Source: Deltaproteobacteria bacterium (GTDB lineage: Bacteria > Desulfobacterota > Binatia > Bin18). Taken from it: a DNA stretch of 64,000 nucleotides. Positions 45,312 to 54,762 of the stretch are shown here, piece by piece. Location: NCBI GenBank assembly GCA_016197285.1, contig JACPWD010000032.1, positions 80,389-144,388 on the forward strand, in the 5' to 3' direction. The notes beneath the pieces were generated by a model. That model worked only from the letters and a program-made list of their open reading frames with translations, was not told the origin of the DNA and searched no databases. Made by a program: the position numbers and the translations under genes. Numbering within the stretch: position 1 is the stretch's first letter; each line of letters begins with the position of its first letter.

Positions 45312-46820
45312 CTACGCACCCATGCGCCAGCCGCCGAGCTGTTGCCAGGGCGTTTCTGGGTCGGCCTGGGGCATAGTTTCCGTGCGGCTTGTGACAGAAT
45401 GACCGAGCACGGCAGCCAGAGCAGCTTCAAAAACGTGAGTTTGCCTCTGCGGTTGCCAGTGCGAAAAATGCTCGGTCAAAAAGCCGGTGTGCGTCTCCCC
45501 GGACACGAACGCCGGATGGGCAATCAGGTCGAGAAGAAACTCGACATTCGTGGTCAGACCTAGGATGACGCTCTGCCGTAGCGCGGCTTCCATGCGTTTC
45601 CGCGCTTGCTCGCGGTCCTGCCCCCATGTGGAGAATTTGGCGATCAGCGGATCGTAGTACACCGAGACTTCGGTGTGCTGTTCGATGCCGGCATCGACTC
45701 TGATACCGGGACCGAGCGGCGCTTGCCAAGCCAGGATTTTGCCTGGAAAGGGGAAAAACCCATTGGCCGGGTCCTCCGCGTAGATGCGGCACTCGAGGGC
45801 ATGACCTTTTGCTTGTACGTCGTCCTGTCGCAAGCCCAAATGCTCGCCAGCGGCGATACGAATCTGTTCTCGTACCAGATCGAGCCGCGTGACCCATTCG
45901 GTAATGGGGTGCTCGACCTGCAGCCGCGCGTTCACTTCGAGAAAATAAAACCGTCCTTCCGAGTCGAGGATGAACTCGACCGTGCCGGCATTGTAATAGC
46001 CGGCGGCCTTGGCGACCGTCAGCGCGGCTGCCGTCAGCTGTGAGCGCAGTTCCGCTGACACGGCTGGAGACGGGGTTTCTTCGAGAATTTTCTGGTAGCG
46101 GCGTTGGATCGAGCATTCGCGCTCGCCTAGATGAATGAGCGCGCCATGCTTGTCGCCCAGAATTTGCACTTCGATGTGGCGTGGGCGTTCGAGGTAGCGT
46201 TCGAGATAGACCGTCCCGTCGGCGAAGGCGGCGATGGCTTCGCGTTGCGCAGCAGCAACCGCGTCGGCGAGATCTTTTTCTTGACGCACGATGCGCATGC
46301 CTTTGCCGCCGCCACCGGCTGCGGCTTTAATTAAGAGCGGATAGCCAAGGGCGTGCGCTTGTTCGCGCAGGAGAGCCGGGTCTGAAGACGGATTTTCCAG
46401 CGCTGGGATTACCGGCACGCCGAGTTTGGTCACGGTCTGGCGCGCGAAGATTTTGTTGCCCACGGCTTCGAGGGAGTGTGGCGCCGGGCCGATGAACGTC
46501 AGTCCGGCGGCTTCCACGCGGCGGGCAAAAGCGGCATTTTCTGAGAGAAAGCCGTAGCCCGGGTGGATCGCTTCCGCGCCGGTCTGTTTCGCTACCTGTA
46601 GAATGGCGTCAACATTGAGATAACTCGCCGCTGCTGGGGCTGGTCCGATGTGGACTGCCTCATGAGCAGCATACACATGGGGAGAGGAAAGGTCGGCGTC
46701 GGAGTAAATCGCCACGGTGGCGATGCCCATTTCATGACACGTGCGGGCAACGCGGCTGGCGATTTCTCCTCGGTTCGCGATCAAGATCTTTTTGAACACT
46801 GGGGCATGATGACGTGACAA
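45312..46820 (-). CDS. biotin carboxylase subunit of an acyl-CoA carboxylase (ATP-grasp)
   Basis: ...FKKILIANRGEIASRV... and an ATP-grasp body. Separated from the BCCP gene by 47 nt with stops in all frames, so a genuine split architecture. Confidence 0.9.
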   Translation of the reverse strand: MSRHHAPVFKKILIANRGEIASRVARTCHEMGIATVAIYSDADLSSPHVYAAHEAVHIGPAPAAASYLNVDAILQVAKQTGAEAIHPGYGFLSENAAFARRVEAAGLTFIGPAPHSLEAVGNKIFARQTVTKLGVPVIPALENPSSDPALLREQAHALGYPLLIKAAAGGGGKGMRIVRQEKDLADAVAAAQREAIAAFADGTVYLERYLERPRHIEVQILGDKHGALIHLGERECSIQRRYQKILEETPSPAVSAELRSQLTAAALTVAKAAGYYNAGTVEFILDSEGRFYFLEVNARLQVEHPITEWVTRLDLVREQIRIAAGEHLGLRQDDVQAKGHALECRIYAEDPANGFFPFPGKILAWQAPLGPGIRVDAGIEQHTEVSVYYDPLIAKFSTWGQDREQARKRMEAALRQSVILGLTTNVEFLLDLIAHPAFVSGETHTGFLTEHFSHWQPQRQTHVFEAALAAVLGHSVTSRTETMPQADPETPWQQLGGWRMGA

Positions 46821-46865
46821 AAAGGATCTGACAAGAGCGGGGAGAGCGGTCTGGGAACGATGAGC

Positions 46866-47993
46866 CTAATGAGCGACCTGGAGACGCCTGCTTACCGAAG
46901 TGAGGCCAGGAACCGGCACCCAGGATCTCCCATTCGTCCCTTGGCGGTGTGCGGGGGGACTGCTCGCTGGTTTACTTTGGGAGCGGACCTTCTGGTACTG
47001 GCGATAGTCATAGCCGGTCGCCATGGCCATGAGGAGGCGATCCATCCCTCCGGCGCGTTCACGCCGCAGGACTTGGAGGCGCTCGAAGAAGTCTTTGAAA
47101 TCTTTATGCACCCGTAACTGGTTCTCTACCGGCCGCAAAAAGAAGTCTTTCAGACGGGTGACAGTAAAACGCAGGGCAGAGAAGCGCAATTCGTTAGGAA
47201 AAGCGTCCCATTCCCCGAGCGACAGGGTGCGGACGTCTTGGTAGCCATGCACAAGCGCATCGAAGCGGTCGCTGAGATAGTTGCCGTCGATGTAGCACAA
47301 GGCGTTCACGGCAGTGGCAAGGTCATAGATGAATTTTCCATGCCCTGCCGCCTCGAAATCGAGCACTGCCGCCACCCTGCCCGTGCGAAAGAGGATGTTG
47401 TCGGCAAACAAGTCGCCGTGAATCACCCCTTTCGGAAGCCGTTCCTCTGCGAAGTGCGCCTGATGGCTCAGTTCATCATCGAGGACGTGGATCAGGTGAC
47501 GGAAATAGGAGGGAAGATGGGTCTTCACTGCGGGATAGAGATCGACAATACGTTCGAAGCAGAAACGATTTTCCAGGGGCCTTTTGTAGGTTTGTCCGAG
47601 AAGGTGGAGCGAAGCGAGCGCCCGCCCAGTTTTTTCTAATTGACCGAGGGTAAAGTCTTTTTCCGTGAAGACGGCACCGGCGATGAACGGACACACAGAC
47701 ACCGTTTTGCCTTCATAGTCCGTTAAAAAGCGGCCTTCTCGGTTCGCCAGCGGACGTGGGCAGGCAAAGCCGTGCGCGCGGAGGAACAGCAGGAGTTCTA
47801 GCTCGCGTTGTGCCTCGTGGCGGCGCTTCACCTCGTCGATTTTGAGGAAAAATTTCCCCTTCTGGGTTTCGAGAAGATAGTGCGTGTTGACCGAGCCGGC
47901 TGGAACGCCAGACGCTTTCGTGAGCTTGCCGAGGCCGTAGTCTTCGGCAAAACCGGCCAACACCTTGCGACTCAACACTGTGTATACCGCCAT
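46866..47993 (-). CDS. homoserine kinase type II-like / aminoglycoside phosphotransferase-fold kinase
   Basis: ...VNTHYLLETQKGKFFLK... Brenner motif HGDLFADNILF, DFE. C-terminal ~60 aa are low-complexity. Confidence 0.7.
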   Translation of the reverse strand: MAVYTVLSRKVLAGFAEDYGLGKLTKASGVPAGSVNTHYLLETQKGKFFLKIDEVKRRHEAQRELELLLFLRAHGFACPRPLANREGRFLTDYEGKTVSVCPFIAGAVFTEKDFTLGQLEKTGRALASLHLLGQTYKRPLENRFCFERIVDLYPAVKTHLPSYFRHLIHVLDDELSHQAHFAEERLPKGVIHGDLFADNILFRTGRVAAVLDFEAAGHGKFIYDLATAVNALCYIDGNYLSDRFDALVHGYQDVRTLSLGEWDAFPNELRFSALRFTVTRLKDFFLRPVENQLRVHKDFKDFFERLQVLRRERAGGMDRLLMAMATGYDYRQYQKVRSQSKPASSPPAHRQGTNGRSWVPVPGLTSVSRRLQVAH

Positions 47994-48092
47994 GGCTCTC
48001 TGTTTCTTGCGACCTGAAAGGTCCTAGGGTTGCTTCGTTTTGGGCCTCTCTTTTATCCCTCGTTTTTTGTTTATTGTCAAGGGAAATATGAC

Positions 48093-48151
48093 TGAACGTC
48101 CATTCACATAAAAGCCGAGATATGGCTGAAATATAAGTGAATATCCATTCA
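48093..48151. promoter_or_regulatory. pair of inverted-repeat operator-like sites TGAAY-N4-ATTCA in an AT-rich divergent promoter region
   Basis: tgaacgtccattca (48093-48106) and tgaatatccattca (48138-48151), each preceded by gaaatat. The surrounding 48060-48170 is far more AT-rich than the rest of the window. Confidence 0.45.
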
Positions 48152-48414
48152 TTCTTCAAAGTGGCGGAAGATGGGCGAGAAGAAAAGAATTTCCTTGTAA
48201 AGCGGAGATGTTCGGGGGAAGCACCGACAGGAGGAGCGTGAAGACCCAGCCGCATCGGCGGCGGCGTCTTCTTTGACCTTTGCGTCTATTCTGATGTACA
48301 ATCCTCGCGTTCGCCACACATGGGCGACGTATTTCCTAATCGTGCCTGAACCAATTCGAGAGCGAGAAGATGAGCGTGGGCCGGAATCGGTTGCGCAGGA
48401 AGTGAGGGTGTAAC

Positions 48415-49608
48415 ATGACACAAGGGATGAACAAGAAAGTCTTGGCGCTGTTGGGGCTTGGCCATCTGATGGTGGACCTCAACACTGGCGCGCTGCCGGC
48501 GCTGTTGCCGTTCCTCAAAAACACGTTCGACCTTTCCTACACCATGACTGGGATGTTGGTGTTGGTCGCCAGCCTGTCTTCTTCTCTCATCCAGCCTGTG
48601 TTTGGCTATCTCTCGGACCGAAGTGCGCGGGCTTGGCTGTTGCCTGTCGGGGTGATCGCCGCGACCTGCGGCATGGCGACGATTGGGCTAGCACCGAACT
48701 TTGGCGGGTTACTGCTCTTGATTTTCATTAGCGGTCTTGGCATCGCCAGCTATCATCCGGAAGCCTACAAGACTGCGTACCTTGCCACTGGCGAGAAGAA
48801 GGCTACCGGCATTTCGCTCTTCTCGGTGGGCGGGAATATCGGCTACGGTCTCGGACCTTTGGTGGTGGCATTCTGCTTGACCATGTTTGGGCAACAGGGA
48901 TTGCTGCTCTTGTGGGTGCCTGGGCTGCTGGTCGGCGGTTTGTTTCTGCGGGCGCTGCCATGGCTGTCGCGTAACAATGAGAGCATGGCGCAGCAGCACC
49001 GCAGCGGTGCTGCTGCGCCGGCACCCTATGCCCTGGCCCTCGTGCTCGGTGTGGTGTCTCTCGGTGCGTGCGTGCATTCGGGCATGGTGACCTATGTTCC
49101 TCTCTATTTCTCCGAGCGTGGAGATACCGCCATCGTGGTCGGCTCGCTGCTCTCGCTATTTTTGATTTCCGGGGCCGTGGGTACATTGATCGCCGGACCG
49201 CTGTCCGACCGCATCGGGCATAAGAAGTTTCTCGTGCTCAGCATGGGCGTGCTGTGTCCGTTGATTCTCCTCTTCTTGCGGTCGAGCGGACCGATGAGCA
49301 TTGTCATCCTTTCGATTATTGGCGCCTGTTTATCGCCGATGTTCTCCGTGACACTCGTCATCGCGCAGACGCTTATGAAAGGTCGACTGGGCGCGACGGC
49401 GGGTTTGATGACCGGGCTTGGCATTGGTGCCGGCGGTCTGGGCGTGACCGCGCTGGGGAAAGTGGCCGACGTGTGGGGAGTGGAAACCGCGATGCACGTC
49501 GTGAGCGTGCTGCCGCTACTGCCTTGGGCATTGATCTGGCTTCTGCCCTCGGGTGCTTCCACTCGGCGGGAGCCCGCAGGGCAATTCCAACCGGCGACAG
49601 CGAAGTAA
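48415..49608 (+). CDS. MFS transporter
   Basis: 397 aa, 12 predicted TM helices, MFS motif-A-like ...GYLSDRSARAWLL.... Confidence 0.8.
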   Translation: MTQGMNKKVLALLGLGHLMVDLNTGALPALLPFLKNTFDLSYTMTGMLVLVASLSSSLIQPVFGYLSDRSARAWLLPVGVIAATCGMATIGLAPNFGGLLLLIFISGLGIASYHPEAYKTAYLATGEKKATGISLFSVGGNIGYGLGPLVVAFCLTMFGQQGLLLLWVPGLLVGGLFLRALPWLSRNNESMAQQHRSGAAAPAPYALALVLGVVSLGACVHSGMVTYVPLYFSERGDTAIVVGSLLSLFLISGAVGTLIAGPLSDRIGHKKFLVLSMGVLCPLILLFLRSSGPMSIVILSIIGACLSPMFSVTLVIAQTLMKGRLGATAGLMTGLGIGAGGLGVTALGKVADVWGVETAMHVVSVLPLLPWALIWLLPSGASTRREPAGQFQPATAK

Positions 49609-49618
49609 GGGAGATTCT

Positions 49619-51502
49619 ATGAAGAAGTTGAAGGGAACGACACTGCGCCGGACGATGGCGGCACTGACAATAACAGCCATGTTGCTGGCCTCAGGAATAG
49701 GACAGTCTGCTAGCCCACCCGACACCGACTGGCTGAGCTACAACGGGACGGTGAATGGTCAGCGCTACTCGCCGCTTGATCAGATCAACGTGCAAAATGT
49801 GGCGTCGCTCGCCGAAGTTTGCCGTCTGAAGGTCGACGATTCGGGGACGTTTCAGGCTGGGCTCGTCCAGATCGAGGGGACGCTGTATCTCACCAACGCG
49901 CACGACACTCTCGCAGTCGACGCGACGAATTGCACGTTGCGTTGGCGCAACGTCTATCGGCCCGAGCAGGAGGATGTCTACCAGATCAATCGTGGCGTCG
50001 CCTTCGCGAACGGCAAGCTGTTCCGTGGGACGCCCGATGGTCGCATGCTGGCGATCGATGCGGCGAGCGGCAAGACGCTCTGGCAGCAGCAGGTCGGCGA
50101 TCCGGCGCAGGGAGAATTCTTCAGCTCCGTGCCGGCGATTTGGCAAGGTCTTCTGATCGCCGGTACGGCCGGTAGCGACTGGGGGATTCGTGGGCGGATC
50201 ATGGCCTACGAGCAGGAGAGTGGCCGTGAGGTGTGGCGCTTTTTTACCGTCCCGCGTGGTAAGGAAACAGGTGCCGAGACTTGGAAGGATTGGAAGAGTG
50301 CGCGTTATGGCGGCGGAGGTAGTTGGACGACCTATACGCTCGACATGGCCAGTGGCGAGGTATTCGCGCCGGTCGGCAATCCCGCGCCTGACTTTGCCCC
50401 CGCCCATCGACCAGGAGCGAATCTCTTCACCGACAGTATGGTCGTCCTCGATGCGCGCACGGGTGCACTGAAGTGGTGGCATCAGATGCTCTCGAACGAT
50501 GGGCTCGATCTCGATCTCGCCGCCGCACCGATGTTGTATTGGAACAGCCGAGGCGAGCCGATGGTCGCGATCGGCAGTAAGGATGGGCATCTCTACGGCG
50601 TCAACCGCGAAACGCAGGAGCGCGTGTTCAAGACCCCGGTGACGACCATTAAGAAGCCCGACCGCGCGCCGACCACGCAGGGCGTGCATAGCTGTCCGGG
50701 GCCGTTGGGCGGGGTCGAATGGAACGGACCCGCCTACGATCAGCTAGCGAAACAGATTGTGGTGGGCTCTGTCGACTGGTGTGCGCTCTTCAAGTCCGAT
50801 GAGGTCGATTACCAGCCCGGCAAATTCCTGTTCGCCGGGAGTTATGTGTTGGATGACGCAAAGCGCGGCTGGGTAAGCGCAGTCGATCCAGATTCCGGCG
50901 CATTGCGCTGGCAGTATCACTCCGACGCGCCCGTCGTCGCTGGCGTCACCCCGACCGCTGGCGGCGTGACCTTCACTGGCGACATGAGCGGAAATTTCCT
51001 CGCGCTCGAATCCGCCACCAGCAAACCGCTGCTCAAGACTGCCACCGGTGGCGCGTTAGCGGGTGGCGTGATTACCTATGCGCTTGGCGGCAAGCAGTAC
51101 GTGGCAATCACCTCGGGCAATGTTTCGTCGCGCTTGTCATTTGGCGAGAGCGGCAAACCGTCGATGGTCATCTACGCGCTTGCAGAAAGCGGGCAGTCGG
51201 CAGCAAAAGCACCGTCTCCGCAGTCCGCTGCGCCGACGGTGCCAACTACAGTAACCGCAGCAGCAGCTGCTCCAGACGCGGGACGTGGCAAGGAGCTGTT
51301 CAACAAGAACTGCGCGGCTTGCCATGGGAGGAGCGGTGAGGGTGCCGCCGGGCCGGCCTTGAAAGGCGTGCGCACGCGGCTCGATTTCGCTACCACGGTC
51401 AACTGGATCGAGAACCCCTCGGCGAAGATGCCACGCCTCTATCCCTCCACGCTCGATGCGCAGGCGGTGGTCGATGTGGCGGCGTACGTCCAGGGGTTCT
51501 GA
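49619..51502 (+). CDS. PQQ-dependent dehydrogenase (beta-propeller) with C-terminal mono-haem cytochrome c domain, copy 1
   Basis: Signal peptide; PQQ propeller W-motifs (…SGKTLWQQQ…, …TGALKWWHQ…, …SGALRWQY…); C-terminal NCAACHG plus downstream Met (AKMPRL). Confidence 0.85.
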   Translation: MKKLKGTTLRRTMAALTITAMLLASGIGQSASPPDTDWLSYNGTVNGQRYSPLDQINVQNVASLAEVCRLKVDDSGTFQAGLVQIEGTLYLTNAHDTLAVDATNCTLRWRNVYRPEQEDVYQINRGVAFANGKLFRGTPDGRMLAIDAASGKTLWQQQVGDPAQGEFFSSVPAIWQGLLIAGTAGSDWGIRGRIMAYEQESGREVWRFFTVPRGKETGAETWKDWKSARYGGGGSWTTYTLDMASGEVFAPVGNPAPDFAPAHRPGANLFTDSMVVLDARTGALKWWHQMLSNDGLDLDLAAAPMLYWNSRGEPMVAIGSKDGHLYGVNRETQERVFKTPVTTIKKPDRAPTTQGVHSCPGPLGGVEWNGPAYDQLAKQIVVGSVDWCALFKSDEVDYQPGKFLFAGSYVLDDAKRGWVSAVDPDSGALRWQYHSDAPVVAGVTPTAGGVTFTGDMSGNFLALESATSKPLLKTATGGALAGGVITYALGGKQYVAITSGNVSSRLSFGESGKPSMVIYALAESGQSAAKAPSPQSAAPTVPTTVTAAAAAPDAGRGKELFNKNCAACHGRSGEGAAGPALKGVRTRLDFATTVNWIENPSAKMPRLYPSTLDAQAVVDVAAYVQGF

Positions 51503-51539
51503 AGGCGAAACCGAGAAGACCAAAGATAGGGGAGAGACT

Positions 51540-53417
51540 ATGACGTACAAGAGAATGGTGCGCCGTCAGATGGTAGCGACACTGGCGCTTATGTCCACTA
51601 TGTTATCATCAAGAGTGAGTAACGCTGCCGGCCCACCCGACACGGACTGGCTGAGCTACAACGGGACGGTGAACGGCCAGCGCTACTCGCCGCTCGATCA
51701 GATCAACGTGCAGAACGTGGCGTCGCTCGCCGAAGTCTGCCGTCTCAAGGTGGACGATTCGGGAACGTTTCAAGCCGGGCCTCTGCAAATTGATGGTACG
51801 CTGTACCTCACCAACTCGTACGACACCCTCGCGGTTGATGCGACCAACTGCACGGTACGCTGGCGCAATGTCTACAAACCTGAGCAAGAAGGCGTCTTCT
51901 TGATTAACCGGGGCGTGGCCTTTGCGAACGGCAAGCTGTTCCGTGGTACACCCGATAGCCGTCTGCTCGCCATTGATGCGGCCACGGGCAAGACGCTCTG
52001 GCAGCAGCAGGTCGGTGATCCGACGCAAGGCGAATTCTTCAGCTCGGTGCCGGTGATTTGGCAAGGGCTTTTGATCGTCGGTTCGGCGGGCAGCGACTGG
52101 GGGATTCGTGGGCGCATTATGGCCTACGAGCAGGAGAGCGGGCGTGAGGTGTGGCGTTTCTACACGATCCCGCGCGGCAACGAGGTCGGTGCCGAGACTT
52201 GGAAGGACCGCAACAGTGCACGCTACGGCGGCGGTGGCAGTTGGACCACGTATACCCTCGACATGGCGAGCGGCGAAGTATTTGTGCCGGTCGGCAACCC
52301 TGCGCCTGACTTCGTGCCGAGCCACCGGCCCGGGGCGAACCTTTTCTCTGACAGTATGGTTGTGCTCGACGCGCGCACCGGCGCACTCAAGTGGTGGCAT
52401 CAGATGCTACCGAACGACGGGTTGGATCTCGATCTTGCTGCGGCACCGATGCTGTACTGGAACCGCGCCGGAGAGCCGATGGTCGCCATCGGCAGCAAGG
52501 ATGGGTATCTCTACGGCGTCAATCGCGAAACCCAAAAACGGATCTTTCTGACTCCCGTGACTACTATCAAGAAACCGGATCGTGCACCGACCTCGAAGGG
52601 CGTGTATACCTGCCCGGGGCCGCTTGGTGGTGTCGAATGGAACGGTCCGGCCTACGATCATGGAGCGAAACAGATCGTGGTGGGATCGGTCGATTGGTGT
52701 TCGATCCTCAAGTCCGACGAGGTTGATTACCAGCCCGGCAAGTTCTTCGTCGCCGGGAGTTGGGAACCGGATCCTACCTGGAGCGGTTGGGTGACGGCGG
52801 TCGATCCCGATTCCGGCACTGTGCGGTGGAAATATCACGCCGACACCCCCGTGGTTGCGGGCATTACGCCGACCGCTGGTGGCGTGACGTTCACTGGCGA
52901 TATGGGCGGCAATTTCCTCGCGCTCGAATCTGCCACCGGCAAACTGTTGCTCAAGACGGCGACTGGCGGATCGCTCGCGGGTGGTGTGATCACGTATGCG
53001 CTCGACGGTAAGCAGTACGTGGCCCTCACCTCGGGCAACGTCTCGCGCATGTCGTTTGGCGAGGGAGGCAAACCGACACTGATCCTCTACGCGCTCGCAG
53101 ATGGCGCACGTTCGGCAGCGCCAGTACCCGCGCAGCAGTCCGCTGCACCAACGGTTCCGACCACAGTAACCGCAGCCGCTTCTACCCCGGACGCGGGACG
53201 TGGCAAGGAGCTGTTTGGCAAGAACTGCGCGGCTTGCCATGGGAGGAGTGGTGAAGGTGGCACTGGTCCAGCCTTGACCGGCATACGTTCGCGGCTCGAT
53301 TTCGCGGCTACCGTCAACTGGATCGAGAACCCCTCGGCGAAGATGCCACGCCTCTATCCTTCCACGTTCGATGCGCAGGCGGTGGTCGACGTGGCGGCGT
53401 ACGTCCAGGGGTTCTGA
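51540..53417 (+). CDS. PQQ-dependent dehydrogenase with C-terminal cytochrome c domain, copy 2 (tandem paralog)
   Basis: About 85% identical to copy 1 over the full length, with the same CAACHG haem motif. Start set at MTYKRMV with RBS. Confidence 0.85.
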   Translation: MTYKRMVRRQMVATLALMSTMLSSRVSNAAGPPDTDWLSYNGTVNGQRYSPLDQINVQNVASLAEVCRLKVDDSGTFQAGPLQIDGTLYLTNSYDTLAVDATNCTVRWRNVYKPEQEGVFLINRGVAFANGKLFRGTPDSRLLAIDAATGKTLWQQQVGDPTQGEFFSSVPVIWQGLLIVGSAGSDWGIRGRIMAYEQESGREVWRFYTIPRGNEVGAETWKDRNSARYGGGGSWTTYTLDMASGEVFVPVGNPAPDFVPSHRPGANLFSDSMVVLDARTGALKWWHQMLPNDGLDLDLAAAPMLYWNRAGEPMVAIGSKDGYLYGVNRETQKRIFLTPVTTIKKPDRAPTSKGVYTCPGPLGGVEWNGPAYDHGAKQIVVGSVDWCSILKSDEVDYQPGKFFVAGSWEPDPTWSGWVTAVDPDSGTVRWKYHADTPVVAGITPTAGGVTFTGDMGGNFLALESATGKLLLKTATGGSLAGGVITYALDGKQYVALTSGNVSRMSFGEGGKPTLILYALADGARSAAPVPAQQSAAPTVPTTVTAAASTPDAGRGKELFGKNCAACHGRSGEGGTGPALTGIRSRLDFAATVNWIENPSAKMPRLYPSTFDAQAVVDVAAYVQGF

Positions 53418-53427
53418 AGGCGACGAC

Positions 53428-54708
53428 TCATCCGAACTTCGCCAGGATATGACAGAGGATGCGGAAACCGTCGCGCATGTGGCTCATCTCGGCGAACTCG
53501 TTGGGCGCGTGGTAGGTGTCCATACGCCCGAAGCCGGTGATTTGTACGTCAAAGCCGTTCCGTTGCAGAAAGCGCACATACGGGAGTGTCCCCGTCAACG
53601 AGAAGGGTTTCGACTCTGGGCGTATGACGCTGATAGCTTCAGCGAGCGCCTGATATCCGGGTGAATTGCGATTGCAAGCGATGCCGCCACCGGGCGCGCC
53701 GATCGCCTCTAACTTGACGGTGCCGATGGCTTCCTCAAGCTGATAGCGGCTTGGTCCGAGCATGGGAAGATCGCGGACCTCGAGATTCTTGATAAACGCG
53801 AGCGCGCCTGCTTTGACTTCTTGAGCTGAATACCACGGCGTCAGGCGAATATCCCCTTCGACAATGGCTTTACCTGGAATCTTGGCCAACGTGTCATTTT
53901 CTATCTGTACGCGCGTAGGTTTGAGCGACGACGGTGCGAGGAATCCGTACTCGCTCTCTTTCGGATGCGGTGGGTAATTCTTGTAGAACCAGGCCTGCAA
54001 CGCTTGCGTTGCCGCGAAGGCTAGCTCGGCGGCGTTGATGCCGTTTTGCGGAAACCCGGAATGCGCCACCTTCCCTTCCACGACTAACCGCCACGTGGCC
54101 ATCCCGCCCGTGCCTAGCGTCGGCCCGAAGTTGGCGCTGTCGAGCCAATATAGCGGGCCGTTCTTCAGATGATCGAGCTTGCCGTCCTTAACGAGGCGGT
54201 TGATGCCGATGCCGTGGGTGTTCGACATTTCCTCGTTGACAATGATCACCGCGACGACGGTATGATCGAGTTGGATCTTCCGTTCGGCTAATTGGGCAAA
54301 GAGATCGGTCAGCACCGCGACATGACCGAGACAGTCCGTGACCCCCCGCCCATACAAGCGATCTCCTTCGACTTGGAGCGCGAAGGGAGAACGTTGCCAT
54401 TCTGCCGGGTCGGCCGGCACTACGTCCAAGTGCGCGCCCACGAAAGCGACGGTGTTCTTGGTCCGCCCCGGATAGGTAAGAATCAGATTGCCGCGAGGTT
54501 CCGCGTAGCTAATGTGTTCGACGCGTAGGGTGCCGGCGCGGACGAACGGCGCGAGTTCTTCACGTACGATATTCCCTGCGAGATCTTCTTGTGGAGGTGG
54601 GGTGTCTTTGAGCGGAGAATTTTGCAAACGCTCGCAATGCGCCATCATGCCGCCCAAGACGCGGAGGAAGCGTTCGTCGTGCAGTTGCCAGTCTTTTATT
54701 GAGTCCAA
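53428..54708 (-). CDS. M20-family metallopeptidase (ArgE/DapE/CPG2-like)
   Basis: ...VAFVGAHLDVVPADP..., ...GRGVTDCLGHVA..., ...NEEMSNTHG... M20 metal-binding motifs. Confidence 0.85.
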   Translation of the reverse strand: MDSIKDWQLHDERFLRVLGGMMAHCERLQNSPLKDTPPPQEDLAGNIVREELAPFVRAGTLRVEHISYAEPRGNLILTYPGRTKNTVAFVGAHLDVVPADPAEWQRSPFALQVEGDRLYGRGVTDCLGHVAVLTDLFAQLAERKIQLDHTVVAVIIVNEEMSNTHGIGINRLVKDGKLDHLKNGPLYWLDSANFGPTLGTGGMATWRLVVEGKVAHSGFPQNGINAAELAFAATQALQAWFYKNYPPHPKESEYGFLAPSSLKPTRVQIENDTLAKIPGKAIVEGDIRLTPWYSAQEVKAGALAFIKNLEVRDLPMLGPSRYQLEEAIGTVKLEAIGAPGGGIACNRNSPGYQALAEAISVIRPESKPFSLTGTLPYVRFLQRNGFDVQITGFGRMDTYHAPNEFAEMSHMRDGFRILCHILAKFG

Positions 54709-54762
54709 AGTTCAAAGTTCCAAGGCAAAAGTAAGCCAAGCCTTTTTGCCTGTTGATTTTCT

